The notes under the pieces: model-generated
The model's input: only the letters and a program-made list of their open reading frames with translations
What the model was told of the DNA's origin: nothing
Databases searched by the model: none
Position numbers and translations under genes: made by a program
Assembly: GCA_964648045.1 (NCBI GenBank)
Contig: CAZYNU010000002.1
Location: 6,782 to 70,781 of the forward strand
Direction: 5' to 3'
DNA: 64,000 bases
Source: an uncultured Candidatus Peribacteria bacterium
Lineage (GTDB): Bacteria; Patescibacteriota; Gracilibacteria; Peribacterales; Peribacteraceae
Shown: one piece after another, positions 63,354-64,000 of the stretch
How positions within the stretch are numbered: the first letter of the stretch is position 1
Layout of the letters: each line of letters starts with the position of its first letter

Positions 63354-64000
63354 TCAGAGGGCGGCGAAGGCACGCGCAAAGAAGCGGTCGGGGCGGAGGT
63401 AATCGGCGTAGGCCCGGCGGGCGGCCAGCTGGCGACGCTCCACTTCTGCCGGCGTGGTGCCGCGCCACCAGTCGCGTGCCACGACGCCGATCCATGGCAG
63501 TTCTGCCCGGCGTACCGTTAATAGGAACGAGTCGTAGTTGATGTCATCTTCCAGCGGCAGCGGCGTCTCGGTATCGACGAAGAGGGGGATGCGCCCCAAG
63601 CTCAGCGCCTCATAGAAACGATACGAGTAATTGCCGTCGCCCTTTACCACCAAGGCCATATCACAGTCGCGTAGGTTCTCCACGTACTCATGGCGGGCCC
63701 GTTCGGGCGGTAGGCTGATCGTTTGGGCATGGCCGGAATAGCTACGGCGAATAAGGAAATTGGTTTTGATGCCGGCTTCAGCAGCAAGGATAGACAGGGC
63801 TTGTCGGCGGAAGCTAAGCCCTTTGCGTTCACTGAGGATGCGTTCGTCACCAGCCAGCCAAGCGCGAGCGCGCACGAGCGCGTTGCCCGCCCAGGTACCG
63901 AGGGTATTTTGGAGGTTCTTGTAATCGGACCAACCGCAGAACCCGACGACCGGCCGTTCGCCCTTGGCTCGCGGCACGAAGGGCGCGTTGCCCTGCAGAT
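63354..64000 (-). CDS. exostosin-like (GT47-like) glycosyltransferase domain protein, 5' end probably beyond the window
   Basis: ...DMALVVKGDGNYSYRFYEALSLGRIPLFVDTETPLPLEDDINYDSFLL.... The frame stays open to the window edge, upstream of the track start (GTG at 63977). Confidence 0.5.
   Translation of the reverse strand, partial: LQGNAPFVPRAKGERPVVGFCGWSDYKNLQNTLGTWAGNALVRARAWLAGDERILSERKGLSFRRQALSILAAEAGIKTNFLIRRSYSGHAQTISLPPERARHEYVENLRDCDMALVVKGDGNYSYRFYEALSLGRIPLFVDTETPLPLEDDINYDSFLLTVRRAELPWIGVVARDWWRGTTPAEVERRQLAARRAYADYLRPDRFFARAFAAL

Overview
GC-rich, very gene-dense bacterial chromosomal segment: about 60 protein genes and 2 tRNAs. I found no rRNA, transposase, integrase or CRISPR array. 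Most genes are housekeeping. They cover the oxidative pentose-phosphate branch (zwf-pgl), cell wall and division (ftsW-murG, murB, an amidase/SpoIID fusion), aminoacyl-tRNA synthetases (gltX, aspS), and replication and repair (dnaE, dnaN, ssb, recR, mfd). RNA and translation genes are also present (RNase J, smpB, tsaC, nrdR), plus envelope sugar genes: GT4 and GT39-like glycosyltransferases, a flippase, a dTDP-glucose dehydratase-like gene and a sugar nucleotidyltransferase. The main non-housekeeping block is a 9-kb operon (18946-27943) of five translationally coupled, signal-peptide-bearing, cysteine-rich acidic proteins that I cannot assign to any family; this is my best candidate for an undescribed system. 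Regulatory signals stand out against the GC-rich background. There are short AT-rich islands with near-consensus TTGACA/-10 promoters and many clean intrinsic terminators. About 20 genes have a TAnnnT hexamer 6-8 nt upstream of the start codon, which suggests widespread leaderless mRNAs and helped me choose several GTG starts. Non-coding candidates are: a ~155-nt multi-helix RNA with its own promoter and terminator next to smpB; a ~155-nt rod-like imperfect hairpin plus a perfect 13-bp-arm palindrome upstream of zwf; a ~190-nt structured leader; and an oriC-like cluster of DnaA-box-like 9-mers upstream of dnaN. Other notable points are a tandem two-OB-fold SSB, Ser-rich linkers in many secreted proteins alongside a GT39-like transferase, and an LPXTG-like protein next to an A24 peptidase. 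The lineage cannot be determined from this window. All functional calls come from motif recognition by eye; no database search was run.
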